From contig RHPI01003369.1 in NCBI GenBank assembly GCA_009103225.1, positions 249,964-313,963 of the forward strand: DNA of 64,000 bases. The letters are read 5' to 3'. Each line of letters starts with the position of its first letter. Position 1 is the first letter of the stretch. The notes below the pieces were generated by a model that did no database searches, had not been told where the DNA came from, and was given only the letters and a program-made list of their open reading frames with translations. Shown piece after piece: positions 51,493 to 64,000 of this stretch. Origin of the DNA: Chlorokybus atmophyticus (Eukaryota > Plantae > Mesostigma and Chlorokybus algae). The position numbers and the translations under genes are program-made.

Positions 51493-52313
51493 GCCAGGCC
51501 TGCCCCCTGCACCAAATGTATGATGAGAAACGCCTTGCAAGAGAATGTGCAAGTTCTCAGGTGCGTACCTCAAAGCGGCACCAGCCTGGCTGCACCGCAA
51601 CCGCTGCTGATTATACGGCCAATCAGACCTGCACACAGCTGACTGAATGAGGTCCAACACGTGCTAATCCGTGTCTCTAAAACAGGCATACACCTTGTGC
51701 GCACAAACTGACATAACTTTGCTTCCAAAAGGAAAATGATTATGGTGAAACTACCATGTGTTGCTTTCATGTCAAACGTTCAGAAGCACAAACACAGTTG
51801 CTTTGCATGCCGTTAATCGCCCAGTGCAAGTGTCATGCAGAAGTTGTACCGTTGCGTTGCAGCGGGAGCGATGTGAGCTAACCCAAGCAAGGTCTCACTG
51901 AATGGGGTTCAGCTCCGTTCAGCCTGCATGCAGAACGCTACATCAAACCCTGCCTGCGCCTTTGTTCAATGCAACTGCATTCAGCAGCAGCTGCAATTGA
52001 TAAGTAACTGAGCAGTGCAAACCAGCACTGCGCTCATGCACCGTCTCATGCACAGATTGGTCGCATTGGCCTAATAGCTCACTCTTTGCAGACAATGTTC
52101 ACGCACTTGTAAGACCTTGAGCAACCACACATGACAAACAAGCAGAGACTTGGATAAACAGCCAATCGTGCCGGCCAACATGGGACATGCAGAGAAGCAG
52201 AAGCCATGAACTGGCAGCGCATCAGTGAACGCAGCCACACACTAAGAACAGTCAAAAGCCACATACCGCAACAAGTTGAGGGCCTCAAATTGCTCAATAG
52301 CACTGGTTGAAAC

Positions 52314-52349
52314 AAACCCTAATTTTCCTCATGGGCGGGCAAACCCTAA
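52314..52349. promoter_or_regulatory. Two teloboxes (AAACCCTAA) flanking TGGGCGGGC in the HECT/NOMO divergent intergenic region
   Basis: Exact motifs at 52314-52322 and 52341-52349. Confidence 0.5.
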
Positions 52350-52793
52350 ATGATCCAAACACCTTAAATCAGGCAACGATTCTTGCTGGCAGGCGCAATT
52401 CTGCAACGCAATTCTTCAACGACACGCCGCTACACCTGGCCTTCAAGTGGAGGGTATCAACCATCACCACCACCGCCGCCGACACCGCCCACAACCCAGC
52501 AGACAATGCCACGTTGACAGCTAATGTTTCTACTGGACTGCACTTGACATCAATTCGTCTGTTATTCGACCGCAATTCGACCGCAATTCGATGGGCTTGC
52601 TACAACTCGGTTACTATCAACCGTGGTCAAAAGGTCAATCGTAACCGTGTTATTGAGTTTGTCCTTCCGGAAGTTCTGAGCACAATTTGCTGACTTAGAT
52701 ACCAGACGTCATCGGGATACCACCCGTAACTTGAAGCCCTAAACACCGAGCCCTAATATTTGCGCTGATCTCACTGCACTGGTTGTTGGCTGC

Positions 52794-55700
52794 ATGGCGG
52801 CGGCGGCGGTGGCGGGCATGCCGCCGCTCGCCGGCATGTTGGCAGTGCTGCTGCTGCTCGTGGTCACTGTTCCAACGGCTGGGGCCTTGGACGCTCATGG
52901 AATTGTCGGTTGCGGTGGATTTGTTGAGGTATGTCAATGAGCTTTTTTGCAGTGTATTCAGGTTGCCAGGCTACAAATTATAAGGTGAAACCCAGGCATT
53001 GTGCACAGTTGCATGAGATCAAGAAGCACATTGTTCACATGTTGCTGCTCGCATTGTCTGCAACAATGTACGTGACAGTTTTAGAAACCGCATGGTATGT
53101 GTAGCACTGCATTGCCTAATGCAAGTGGCAAATATATGTTTGAAGTGCTTCCGACTGACACAATACACCTTCTCAAGCATGTACCTTTTACAACTAAAAC
53201 GGCATACTGCATTTGAGTCAAGATTGCTAGGAGCCATGCATCCGCATGTTGGTTGTCCCAACAGCAATATTGATCACCCAGCTTGAATACTGTCTTACCA
53301 CATTAACTGCTGACTCAGCTCAAGCAGTGCATCAATGTGCTGATACTAAGCTGGAGAGTATTGGTCAATTTGCCGCATGCATGTCTTGCACAGGCCAGCG
53401 CGGAGCTGTCAAGGCTGCGAGCGCCAGGAACGCCGAGACAAGACTTGTCTTTCATCAAGGTCCACCAGCTTTTTTCCTTTCACACTGCGTTGCTGTGTCA
53501 TGTGACTGCTCATTGCGACATCTAGTGCAGCAAGGCTACTGAGCGCGTAATGCACTGTGCATGCGCTTGAGCCGATAGGATCCCGACACTGTAGTGACTT
53601 GACAGGTTGAGCTGCGAACAACAGAAGGCATGACAAAGTATACGACAGAATGCGCCCCCAATGGTTATTACTTTATACCTGTTTATGACAAGGTATGCAT
53701 AAAGAGGCGGTGAAGCCAAATTCTGTGTGCACAGCCTTCAAGCATGTCAGCATAGAGGTTTTCAGGCATGTTAGCACATTGGTCCGATTTGTCTCGTGCG
53801 TCAAATTGCTGTTACATGCGCCACAGCTTACCAAATGCAACTTGGTGTTTGTGTCGCCAATATCTTCACTTGAAAAGTTGTTGATGTTGGTAGGGAACGT
53901 TTGTGGTCAAGGTGGATGGGCCTGCTGGCTGGTCCTTCTCACCGGATGCGGTAACCACAGCTGTAGACAGCCACGGCTGCCATAGTGGCAAAGACATCAA
54001 CTTTGTGTATACGGGTTTCTCGTTGACAGGGAAGGTACCTCATTGTTTTGCCAACTGCCTTTGCTAATATACCAGTTCGATTGACCGCACAGACATACAT
54101 GCTTGCATGTATGAGCGCAACCGCGCATACGTGCATGTACGCACCAGTATACACATCAATATAGCCTGCTGCTCACATGTGGACCCTTTTCAGGTGCTTG
54201 GGCCTGAAGGAGGCGCCAGCTGTCAGACAGATGAGCCTGGCCCAGCAGGCGTGACAGTTGTCGCGCAGTCCCCCAAAGTGCGGGTTACTACGGAGACGCT
54301 AAGAGGGGCCACCTACACCTTCACAAATCTGCTTCCTGACTTATATGAGTGCGTGATTGCCCACACGAGCACCTATATTCTGTTGCTCACACCTGTTGCT
54401 TATAGAGGAATGACTGCTTAACAAGGTCAAGGTCGTACTAGTTGACCTCAAACTTGTTTTGCAGGGTTGAGGCCTCCCATCCAACTTGGACGGTGACAGG
54501 GAAGGCGGTTGCTGAGGTCACCTGGGAGGGTAAGACTGAAGTTCCCGCAACGCTTCGTGTGCTGGGCTATGATGTTCGTGGACACGTACTCTCCCAGGTT
54601 GGTGTACACAGTGTCTTTTGCCTGCTCCATTTTCAACCATCTCACTGCCAGCATAGTGTCACACATTTGCATGCCTTTTCAACAGGGGAACCCTATGTTG
54701 GGCGTAAACCTGTTCCTCTACTCGAATGATGTGAAGTCCGTTGAATGCGAAAATCCCAACGCACAAGGGCCCCGTGGAACAGCTCTTTGCCAGACAACAA
54801 GCAATGAGAAAGGAGAGTTTAAATTTTCCGCTGTTCCTTGTGGTAAGCCCAAGCAAAGAGCTAGCTTGTCTGTGTAGCGTGCAATGTCGGGGAAGCTGCT
54901 GATGGAAAACAAAATGACGTATGGCACAGGCAGATACAACCTTGTACCTAACTATCAAGGCGAGCATACGGTGTTTGATGTGGCCCCGTCCGCGTTAGAC
55001 ATAACTGTCGGGCATGGCAGCCTGGTGCTAACCACGTCATTTGAGGTTGGTGTGCAAGTGTGTTTGACGTGTTGGGATATCCCCTTGGTAGCCCAATGCC
55101 CACAAGGTGGATGCAGTTGACTGAATTCATTATTCATTCAACTCATCCAAGGTAACCGGGTTCTCCATTGGCGGGCGTGTTGTGGACACAGCGGGGGCAG
55201 GCATTTCAGGCGTCTCGGTTTACATTGATGGTGTAGGAAGGGCAGTAACCACCGCATCAGGCAGCTATCAAGTTGATCAGGTGTATAGACCTTGCAGCAT
55301 GTGCTGCTTTGTAGTGATGTCTGCCTGCACACTGCTTTGATGTTTGCAACCTGAAGTCATGTTGGCATGCAGGTCATGGCTTCAACGTACACCATAATAG
55401 CGCGGAAGCCGCACTATGAGTTCTCTAAGCTCGACAGATTCATGATTCTACCCAGCATGGCTTCGCTTCCTGACTTGAAGCCCACTGCGCTGGATGTGTG
55501 CGGCGCTGTGCAGGTTGAAGACAAACAGTTCAGCAATAAACGGCAGGTGTGTTTGCACAGCTGCCGAGTAAATTGTGGTTTTGGTGATGTGATTGTTGGG
55601 CAACACTGCAGGTAACCATAACAGGTCCAGCTGGTTTCAAACCTTTGCGGAAGGCTACAGGAGAAGATGGGAGGTTTTGCTTCCAGGTACATGTGAGAGC

Positions 55701-58700
55701 AAAAGTCCATGCAAGCTCAGGCCTGTTTCCAACTGACTAAATTCCCCACCTGCAGGTAGCCCCTGGTACATACGCAGTGGCTCCCGTTGTCACAGCTGAA
55801 GAGAAGAACGCTGGGCTGCTTCTATCACCGCCGCAACAAGAGTTAGTTATTGGCAACGAACCTGTTACAGACCTGTTGTTCTTGCAGGTATCCTGCTGGC
55901 AGGATGAAGCTACTGCTTGTATAATCTTGCCCTATGGCACATTGACTGCTGTTGGGTTCTGAGAACTTATAGTATCGTGCGCTCTGCAGGCTCTCGTTAC
56001 AGTCTCAGGCCACATAAACTGCCTGGTCACTCCTTGCCCTGGAAACATTGCAGTCAAGCTGCAGCCTATGCGGGGCAGCAGTGATGCGATAGTTACTGTA
56101 ACACCAGGTATGACTCCTGCGATATGCCATGCACAAATGTTGCATGCAGTGTTGAAACCTCAGTGTCAACGTGTCACAGATGCTTACAACACATGCACAG
56201 GTAAAGCTGCGATCAATCCAGATATGTTCCGCTTTGACAGCGTTCCCCCTGGAAAGTACAAGCTGATAGCCAAAAAGGATGGTTGGTGTTGGTCCGACGA
56301 TGGAAAGGAGATTGTCGTCGGTGCCACTGATGTGCAGGTTGTTCAGTTGACCCAGGAAGGGTTTCTTGTGGATGTTGAAGCCAGCCACAACATGATGGCC
56401 AAGCTGACATATGGCACGTCGATCAAAGAAGTCAGCTTCCAGAGAGGCAAGCAGAGCATCTGCGTGGGGATAGCGGGCACTTTCGAGATCAAGCCTCAGG
56501 GGTGCTACAAGTTGGAACAAGAGGTGTACACCGGTGACACCACAGCTCTCAAGGTCAGGATTGACATGGGTTGGCCCATGCGTGTTTACACACGTGAATA
56601 CATGCGTATTGTGTGTTGATCCTGTTTGGCAATGGCTCCGTTGCTGTGAGTGTGTCGACTCTGTACACTGACCTTGCATTGTGTCTGTCAGCCGATATCT
56701 TTGCTGGTGACACATTATCGCGTAAGCGGCTACATAACCGTGCCGGCTGATTACCAAAGGGCTGAAGTTGCCAAATCTGTAAAGGTCAGCTGAGCATTTG
56801 CGCTGCCTACACGATTCCAAATACAGAGTTTCTACTTACTGACGTATCAGTGCCTGGGAAGGCTTTCACACTACATCATGACCTTTAAACCCAATACTGT
56901 GCAAGACGACAGTCACGGTTTCCAGATGCCTTGAGGTCTTTTATATATTGCACCCACTCACAGGTACAAGCTGCACAAGACGGCGTGATCACGACAACCA
57001 CTCCAGTGTTTACAAAGTCAACTCTTGAGTACACATACTTTGTGAGACCAGGCCGAGTCATATTGCAACCCGTTCATTCCGAGCTGCTCTTCTTCCCGAA
57101 GTCCCGGATTGTTCAAATTGATGGTCTTGGGTGTGAGGAAATCGTACCATCCTTCGACGCACGCGTTGGAGTGTTTGTTCAAGGCATGGTGACACCACAC
57201 ACTGCAGGTGTGCAGGTAAGCTGTGCTCAAGCACGTGTTGGCCGACCCACACTGTGACATACATAATTGGCGCTGATACACTTGCCTGACTCACCCGAAC
57301 AATGTGTCTGGCCTGCAGGTGGCGGTGAAGGTTGGAGATGATGTCGTGGCCAACGCTACGACAGATGCCAATGGCATGTACAGGGTCGGGCCACTGTTAG
57401 ATGGCGATGTCTACAAAGTATCGGCCACAAAGGTACCATCAATGAGAGCTGTTTCCAGCTCGTAGCATGAGGCTGAAGGATTCAAATCCACATGCTGACG
57501 GTGTGCAACGCAGGATGGTTTTCACATCACGCAAACGGAAGGGTACAACTTTTGGGCACAGCACTTGGCACAGCTGACGGTTGTGGTCGCTGATGAAGGG
57601 GGTGAGTATGTGAGGAGTCGTATGTTTGTCTTGAGTGCGCGAGTCTCGCGTCCAGTGCAAGCTTCGATGGATGCTGACTGCGAATCATCATACCACCGTG
57701 TGCTGGTCACATATCCCTTACGAAACAGAACGCACAACAGCGCAATTAGCAACACATTCTGTGCCAAACTTGAGAGGCATGCAGTGTCCATGTCTACGTG
57801 CTCAATACTGTCGAGCAACATCACCATGCACTACTCTGCTGCTAACGTTGTGGGAAGAAGACGTCACTCTGCGCAGATACTGCAGAGTGATGCTGCAGCT
57901 GTCTTCCATTTCTCATGTCTAGTCTTCCTTTGTTTAGGTGTGGCAATGCCGGGTGCGCTCCTTTCGCTCAGCCGCGACAACGGCTATCGCAACAACACGG
58001 TGACGGACAACGAGGGCACCCTCGTATTCAACACCCTCTATCCAGGCGAATACTTTCTTCGACCCTTGTTGAAAGAATACACATTTGCACCCGCCACAGC
58101 AAGCTTCACTCTTGAAGATGGCGAAGACAAGAGGCTCTCATTCAAGGTAGGCTACCGATGAATACAACATCACGCCACGGGTGCACATAGCCAGTATGCG
58201 TGTTTCAAATGCATCTGACATGTTGATGACACTTACTCCAATGGTATTGTGCAGGGTGTGCGTGCGGCGTACAGTGTGTATGGGGCGGTTGTGTCCCTGA
58301 ACGGTACGCCACTCGTTAACATTGCAGTTGGAGCGCTGTCATTGAAGAGCCCAGATTCCCAACCAGACAACAGGTAGGCAGCACTTTAACACATCAACAT
58401 CGCTACTTGAGTGTTGAGATCTGCATTTGAGTTCTCTGGTGTGTTCGATGCAGGCATTATGAGGAGGCCGTTACCGATGATGAGGGGAAGTACAGGCTTC
58501 GCGGGCTGACACCCGGCGTGTCGTATCTTATAAGGTCAGCCACGACTTGCTATGTGCTTGCTTGGCGATAAAATCTGACGAATTTTACCAATTTTTCAGC
58601 TAGCCTGATCTCGTGCATACTGTGTGCAGGCCCAAACTGGACGGCGCGAACAGAGTGGAGCGGTCCTCGCCCTCAGGGACAAAGATTTCGGTCAAGCACG

Positions 58701-59929
58701 AAGACACAACTGGCATCAATTTTATGGGTGAGTGCACACAATCTATGACAATTGTGCATGCTGAGCAAAGCCGCCATGAATGTGCTTTGTGCAGCTGTCT
58801 GCCAGTTGCGGATTCAGACGGCAGCCACAATGTCACACCTGTCATGCACATTTAGATTTGCCAAGAGCTTGTCGCCATTCTGTCGCCTAGCTTCTTGAGC
58901 ATACGAGCATGCAACTGTCGTTGTAATTTGTTTTGGTTGTTGCAATGCATATGCAGCATTTGCTGCACTGGAGTTTGCTACCATCACTGGTACGGTGGAT
59001 GTGGACGACACATGGCTGCCACTGGTGGTGGTTGAAGCCGTCAATGAGGCTACGGGTGCAATTGAGCAGGTTTACAAATACGCACACTTTGTGCAGAAAT
59101 ATTCTGGTGCATTCACTTCTTAGCATCCTTTGGCACAGCTTGCTGCCGCTTGGACAAGCTTTGTGCTTGTGTATGCCCTTCACAAGCTGTGCATGTACAA
59201 AGTGCTTTGCATTCACCAGGTGTCACTTGACTACTCGCGCTTCTTCGAGTTTTGTAGCCTACAGTTGGGGACGTACACGATACGAACCGCATGCACGGTG
59301 CCCAAAGCTGGTTATGTCCTGGACAACGGCACCATCCATACTAATGCACAGGTAGAGTTCTAAATGAGTTCACAAGTGATATCTTCTCCTCTCACCATCT
59401 GAGTATGTGTCATCTTATATTGCTGTGAAGCTATCAGTTGGTCATGTTCTTGTTTGCCATTGTCCTCAGGCTCGCACTCAGCACATAGGGGAGCTGAAGT
59501 TCACAGCGACGCTTAAAGCGGACACAATAGAGCTTGCAGCGGCCCCCATTGCGCCCGTTGTCATGGCGGTGGTGGTGCTGGCTGTGGCACTCAACTTCAG
59601 CAGGTTTGTCCTTATGCATGGGGTTATATTGCGGGCTTAGCCTGTGCATGATGACTACACACGACACCTGAATTTGACGTGCTTGTATCTTCGAAGCAGA
59701 CTTGTTTTGGCTTGTATCAGTGCTGGCATTGACTTGCTCACCAACACACGCAATTGCAAAGCAAGTGATGTGTTTACGTTTGTTCTGTTTTGGCAGTATT
59801 CAAAGCAGCTTGGCGTACATCACCAACTTGCTGTCCTCTGCTGCATCCGACAAGTTGGTGAGCAAGTCAAAAGACTCCTCAAGAAAGGAGTTTTCCGCCA
59901 GGAAACTGAGTGTTTCAAAGCGGAGATGA
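52794..59929 (+). CDS. NOMO: Nodal modulator (NOMO) homologue, ER type-I membrane protein, many exons
   Basis: Signal peptide followed by GCGGFVE; KVDGPAGWSF; repeated beta-sandwich segments; YRNNTVTDNEGTLVFNTLYPGEYFLRPLLKEYTF; YEEAVTDDEGKYRLRGL; TM APIAPVVMAVVVLAVALNF; basic tail RKLSVSKRR*. Confidence 0.93.
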
Positions 59930-60751
59930 TGCGCGCACGTTGTCATTATCGGTGCCTACGCATGCAGATTGTCTGTTGTGCACGAGGCCTTATGCTGCAG
60001 TGCAGAGTGTGTATGTACACAAAACTGCCCAACACATTGAGGGTACTTTTTGCTTGACAATAGAGGCAGCTGCGGTGCTGCTATTGTACTCTTATGCATT
60101 GTTCAGGCCATGAGGCAGGTGAAAGGGTGAAATGCTACTAGTGACGCGTGCTTTGCCGTTGCCCATGTGTCACTTAGCAAGTTGCATGGTATGCATTGCA
60201 CATGATGAATGGGCATTGGTTGAGCCCAACAGATAGGCCTTGCATGTCACAACTGGTACTCAAGTGATAATACGTTTGCAGGTCCATCATTGCAAAGCTA
60301 ATACAGTAGGAGCTGTTCATACACTGCACTTCGCACTGTTGTACACTGTCAACTCTCCTAGTTGGCACGCCAATGAGCAAGCTGGCCCAAGACTTCCCTC
60401 GTTGCTGATAAACAGTTACAATATCTACATGCATCTTTGCAGCTTGGGGTGTTCATGCGGACGTGACACACATGATGTGACACATCCAACTAAGGCGTCC
60501 CTTCCGTCTGCGAGGGCCGTCACCATGAATGTATCCGCCTAACACAACAGGACAGGTACACCGGCACATGTGCATGACACGAACCAAGCGGTGGGAGCTT
60601 TGAGCACTCCAGTGCTTAGTGCTGGTAACGGTTCTGACGACGACGGTGGCGAGGGCGTGGCGGCGGCGGGGAAGGACGTTTACGGTGTCCAAACCAGGCG
60701 GCAGCTTCGCTTGGGCCTAGGAGGCTGGGGTTAGGGCTTCCGGCAGCAGAG

Positions 60752-62720
60752 ATGGCGTTGGCCGTCTTGGGCTCGGTGTGGGTGGTGTCACTGCTCCACA
60801 TAGCCCACACACGTTCAGCGACCCCACGCGCCTCCGTTGCCTTCAGCGAGGGCAAGCGGCGGAAAGGCCGCCTCCGCCGTGGCGCCCCACTGCCAAAGCT
60901 CACAGCGGTCAGACTGCCACCGTGCTGCGCGGTGGCCGACAGCGATAGCAACGCCGGCGCAGGCAAGCCGGCAAACAGCGACGCCGCCAAGGTAAGTATG
61001 CCATGCTGGCTTTGTTTGCGGTCTTCTCCACAAGTGCGTTGTTCAAAGCCCACGATGCTGTGTAAAGGTGGTCCTAGTAGTATGCATCTGCACTTTGTGG
61101 GTTTTGCATAACGTAAGGTCAGGGTATGAGCTGACACGACCAGTGCTAACAGCAGCGACGCTTGTCACAATGTTGCATGCATGTGCCTGTAGCAAGATCT
61201 GCAAGTCATGCATATGCACCGGTAGTAGTATTAAGGCATGTACCTGCGCGCGCGCATGCATGCACTAGCAAACTCTCATGCAACAGGGGAGGTTGCAATC
61301 ACTGCTCGGCGAGCAGCTGCACAGCTTCGCGGATGACTGCTTCCAGTACACCCGCGACGTGGAAGGGGCACTGGTGATTGGCATGGCGATGGTGGGCGTC
61401 CGGCTTGCCACCTTGCAGAGAGAGGCCAAGCTTCAGCACGCCGCTGAGTTGTGGGAGGTCGCTCTACAGCGCGCAGCTGAGCGGAGGGAGGTCGCTCTCC
61501 AGCGCGTCGCTGACCTGAGGGAGGGCGAGCTCAAGCTGACTGCGGAGAAGGAAGCCTCTGCTCTGAAGCAGGAGGTCAGCGCACTGCAGCTGGAGGCCGG
61601 GCGGAGGCAAAGTGACTTCAAGGATAAATCGACGGAGATGACAGTCTTCCAGGACGACCTCACTAGATCGTATCTGAAAGTGCGAGGCATGTTCGACATG
61701 CGTGGGCTTCTAGGTAATGATTGCTTGTGTCGGGCAATGTGGGGCAATGTGAATGAGGGGACTAACTGAGCCTTCATCCTCAGAGTACGCTGAAGAGCGG
61801 ATGCTGGAAGTTTTGCCGCCTAAGGGATACCGAGACAAGCCGGAAATTTACAAGGAGTACATGGGTCAAGCCGTGGCGCAGCCCTTGCTTGCGTGCATGA
61901 CGAAGACCGGCTGGCAAAGGAGTGCCGCCAAGCAGGACAAACAGATCATGAACTATGTTGAGGGGCAAGTGGTTTTGCATTATGCTATGTGTGACACGCC
62001 AAGGCCAAGTCTATGTGACACGCCAAAGCTCTTCTGCAAGTTCATGCGGTTGCAATCTACCCTTTCTGGTCACATCCATGGCGGGAAGGAGCAGCACGGT
62101 GACCGTGTCAAGATTGTGGAGGGCGCAGTCTCAGCAGAGCAAGTGCGGGCATTGGATTGCATAGCCGCGCACTTCGTGCCCGCAGACATCATTTGGGAGA
62201 AGGTACGACTGGTTGCACAGCTGCCACCATGAAGTTCTTTGCTCAAGCTTTCTTCAGGCTCTAAGCCTTCCTGCCCCTGCCGCTGCCCCCGCCGCGGCCG
62301 CCTACGCCCCCGCCGATGTCCCGGCCGCGGCCGCTGACGCCCCGACAGTTGCGGCCTCCAATGATGCCGCCATCGCCGCTGATGCCGGGAATGGGGACAG
62401 GTGAGGAAGCTATATGTGCGTGGGCGCCCACGCACATATAGCTTTGTATGGCGCACGCGCATGCACAAGCATCTGTGTGCGTGCGCGTTCCACGAAGGTT
62501 TACATGTAGGCGGACGTGCACCACCATGTACACATCTGCATATGCACCCGTGCATGTATGCATGCTCACGTGCAAGTGCACAGGTATGTGTATGTCAACA
62601 CCATCGCATAGAATCCGCACTATGTACATTATGTACAAGCTGTACAAGCAGTTCGGGGCGGGCGTATGTCTGCGCCTTACTTGCTCTCCCCCGCATCGCT
62701 CTCGCCACCGCACAGACAGG
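60752..62720 (+). CDS. Hypothetical coiled-coil protein, multi-exon; its 3' end runs into the palindrome centre
   Basis: Exons ...NSDAAK|GRLQSLL...YLKVRGMFDMRGLL|EYAEERML...LSGHIHGG...VRALDCIAAHFVPADIIWEK|ALSLPAPAAAPAAAAY...NGDR|, all with GT-AG ends. Start uncertain. Confidence 0.6.
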
Positions 62721-64000
62721 TAAATTGAGCATGCTTGCGTGTATGAGTGTGCGCTAGCGTTAGCGCACACAGATACACGCAAGTGTATTTACACCGATAC
62801 GCACACACACACATGCACGCGTGTTTGTGCTAGCGTTAGCGCACACAGATACACGCAAGTGTATTTACACCGATACGCACACACACACATGCACGCGTGT
62901 TTGTGCTTGCGTGTATCTGTGTGCGCTAACGCTAGCGCACACTCATACACGCAAGCATGCTCAATTTACCTGTCTGTGCGGTGGCGAGAGCGACGCGGGG
63001 GAGAGCAAGTAAGGCGCAGACATACGCCCGCCCCGAACTGCTTGTACAGCTTGTACATAATGTACATAGTGCGGATTCTATGCGATGGTGTTGACATACA
63101 CATACCTGTGCACTTGCACGTGAGCATGCATACATGCACGGGTGCATATGCAGATGTGTACATGGTGGTGCACGTCCGCCTACATGTAAACCTTCGTGGA
63201 ACGCGCACGCACACAGATGCTTGTGCATGCGCGCGCGCCATACAAAGCTATATGTGCGTGGGCGCCCACGCACATATAGCTTCCTCACCTGTCCCCATTC
63301 CCGGCATCAGCGGCGATGGCGGCATCATTGGAGGCCGCAACTGTCGGGGCGTCAGCGGCCGCGGCCGGGACATCGGCGGGGGCGTAGGCGGCCGCGGCGG
63401 GGGCAGCGGCAGGGGCAGGAAGGCTTAGAGCCTGAAGAAAGCTTGAGCAAAGAACTTCATGGTGGCAGCTGTGCAACCAGTCGTACCTTCTCCCAAATGA
63501 TGTCTGCGGGCACGAAGTGCGCGGCTATGCAATCCAATGCCCGCACTTGCTCTGCTGAGACTGCGCCCTCCACAATCTTGACACGGTCACCGTGCTGCTC
63601 CTTCCCGCCATGGATGTGACCAGAAAGGGTAGATTGCAACCGCATGAACTTGCAGAAGAGCTTTGGCGTGTCACATAGACTTGGCCTTGGCGTGTCACAC
63701 ATAGCATAATGCAAAACCACTTGCCCCTCAACATAGTTCATGATCTGTTTGTCCTGCTTGGCGGCACTCCTTTGCCAGCCGGTCTTCGTCATGCACGCAA
63801 GCAAGGGCTGCGCCACGGCTTGACCCATGTACTCCTTGTAAATTTCCGGCTTGTCTCGGTATCCCTTAGGCGGCAAAACTTCCAGCATCCGCTCTTCAGC
63901 GTACTCTGAGGATGAAGGCTCAGTTAGTCCCCTCATTCACATTGCCCCACATTGCCCGACACAAGCAATCATTACCTAGAAGCCCACGCATGTCGAACAT
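61689..64000. repeat. Large inverted repeat (arms 61689-62783 and 62906-64000+, extending past the window) with a 122 bp spacer
   Basis: Position x pairs with 125689-x, and the ORF translations mirror each other. Only 2 mismatches were found. A 76 bp tandem duplication (62753-62904) spans the centre. Confidence 0.97.
62969..64000 (-). CDS. Inverted second copy of the hypothetical coiled-coil gene, 3' exons (5' part beyond the window)
   Basis: Reverse complement of 61689-62720. Confidence 0.55.

Noticed and set aside
55888-55990. U12-type intron (GTATCCTG donor) in NOMO
   Set aside because: The donor deviates from GTATCCTT and I saw no TCCTTAAC-type branch site.

Overview
This is an intron-rich (GT-AG, about 100 bp introns) eukaryotic nuclear window, most likely from a green alga (Viridiplantae). 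That inference rests on plastid/mitochondrial transit peptides, an MRS2 gene, an iMet-type PBS, teloboxes and a G-box. Host genes use the standard code. Recognisable spliced host genes are: a METTL5-like MTase (partial), RadA/Sms, mitochondrial citrate synthase, a plastid RsmD-like MTase, an MRS2 Mg transporter, histone H2B, a WW-HECT E3 ligase, NOMO, and several hypothetical genes. A 13.4 kb nest of three LTR elements (32007-45437) sits in the short MRS2/H2B divergent promoter: an outer Ty3/gypsy element, a 627 bp TRIM, and a chromovirus. The strongest candidates for new biology are: (1) a degenerate DNA adenine-methyltransferase-like domain between Gag and protease in the chromovirus, behind a UAG stop; (2) a TRIM that shares PBS/PPT signals with that chromovirus and carries a tRNA-like segment; (3) a fold-back inverted duplication at the window end that truncates a gene and should yield long hairpin RNA; (4) an intron-containing H2B gene with a histone-type 3' stem-loop; (5) a WW-HECT ligase with an N-terminal lipidation motif. 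All family calls come from motif recognition by eye; no database search was run. Exon boundaries are partial and many coordinates are approximate.
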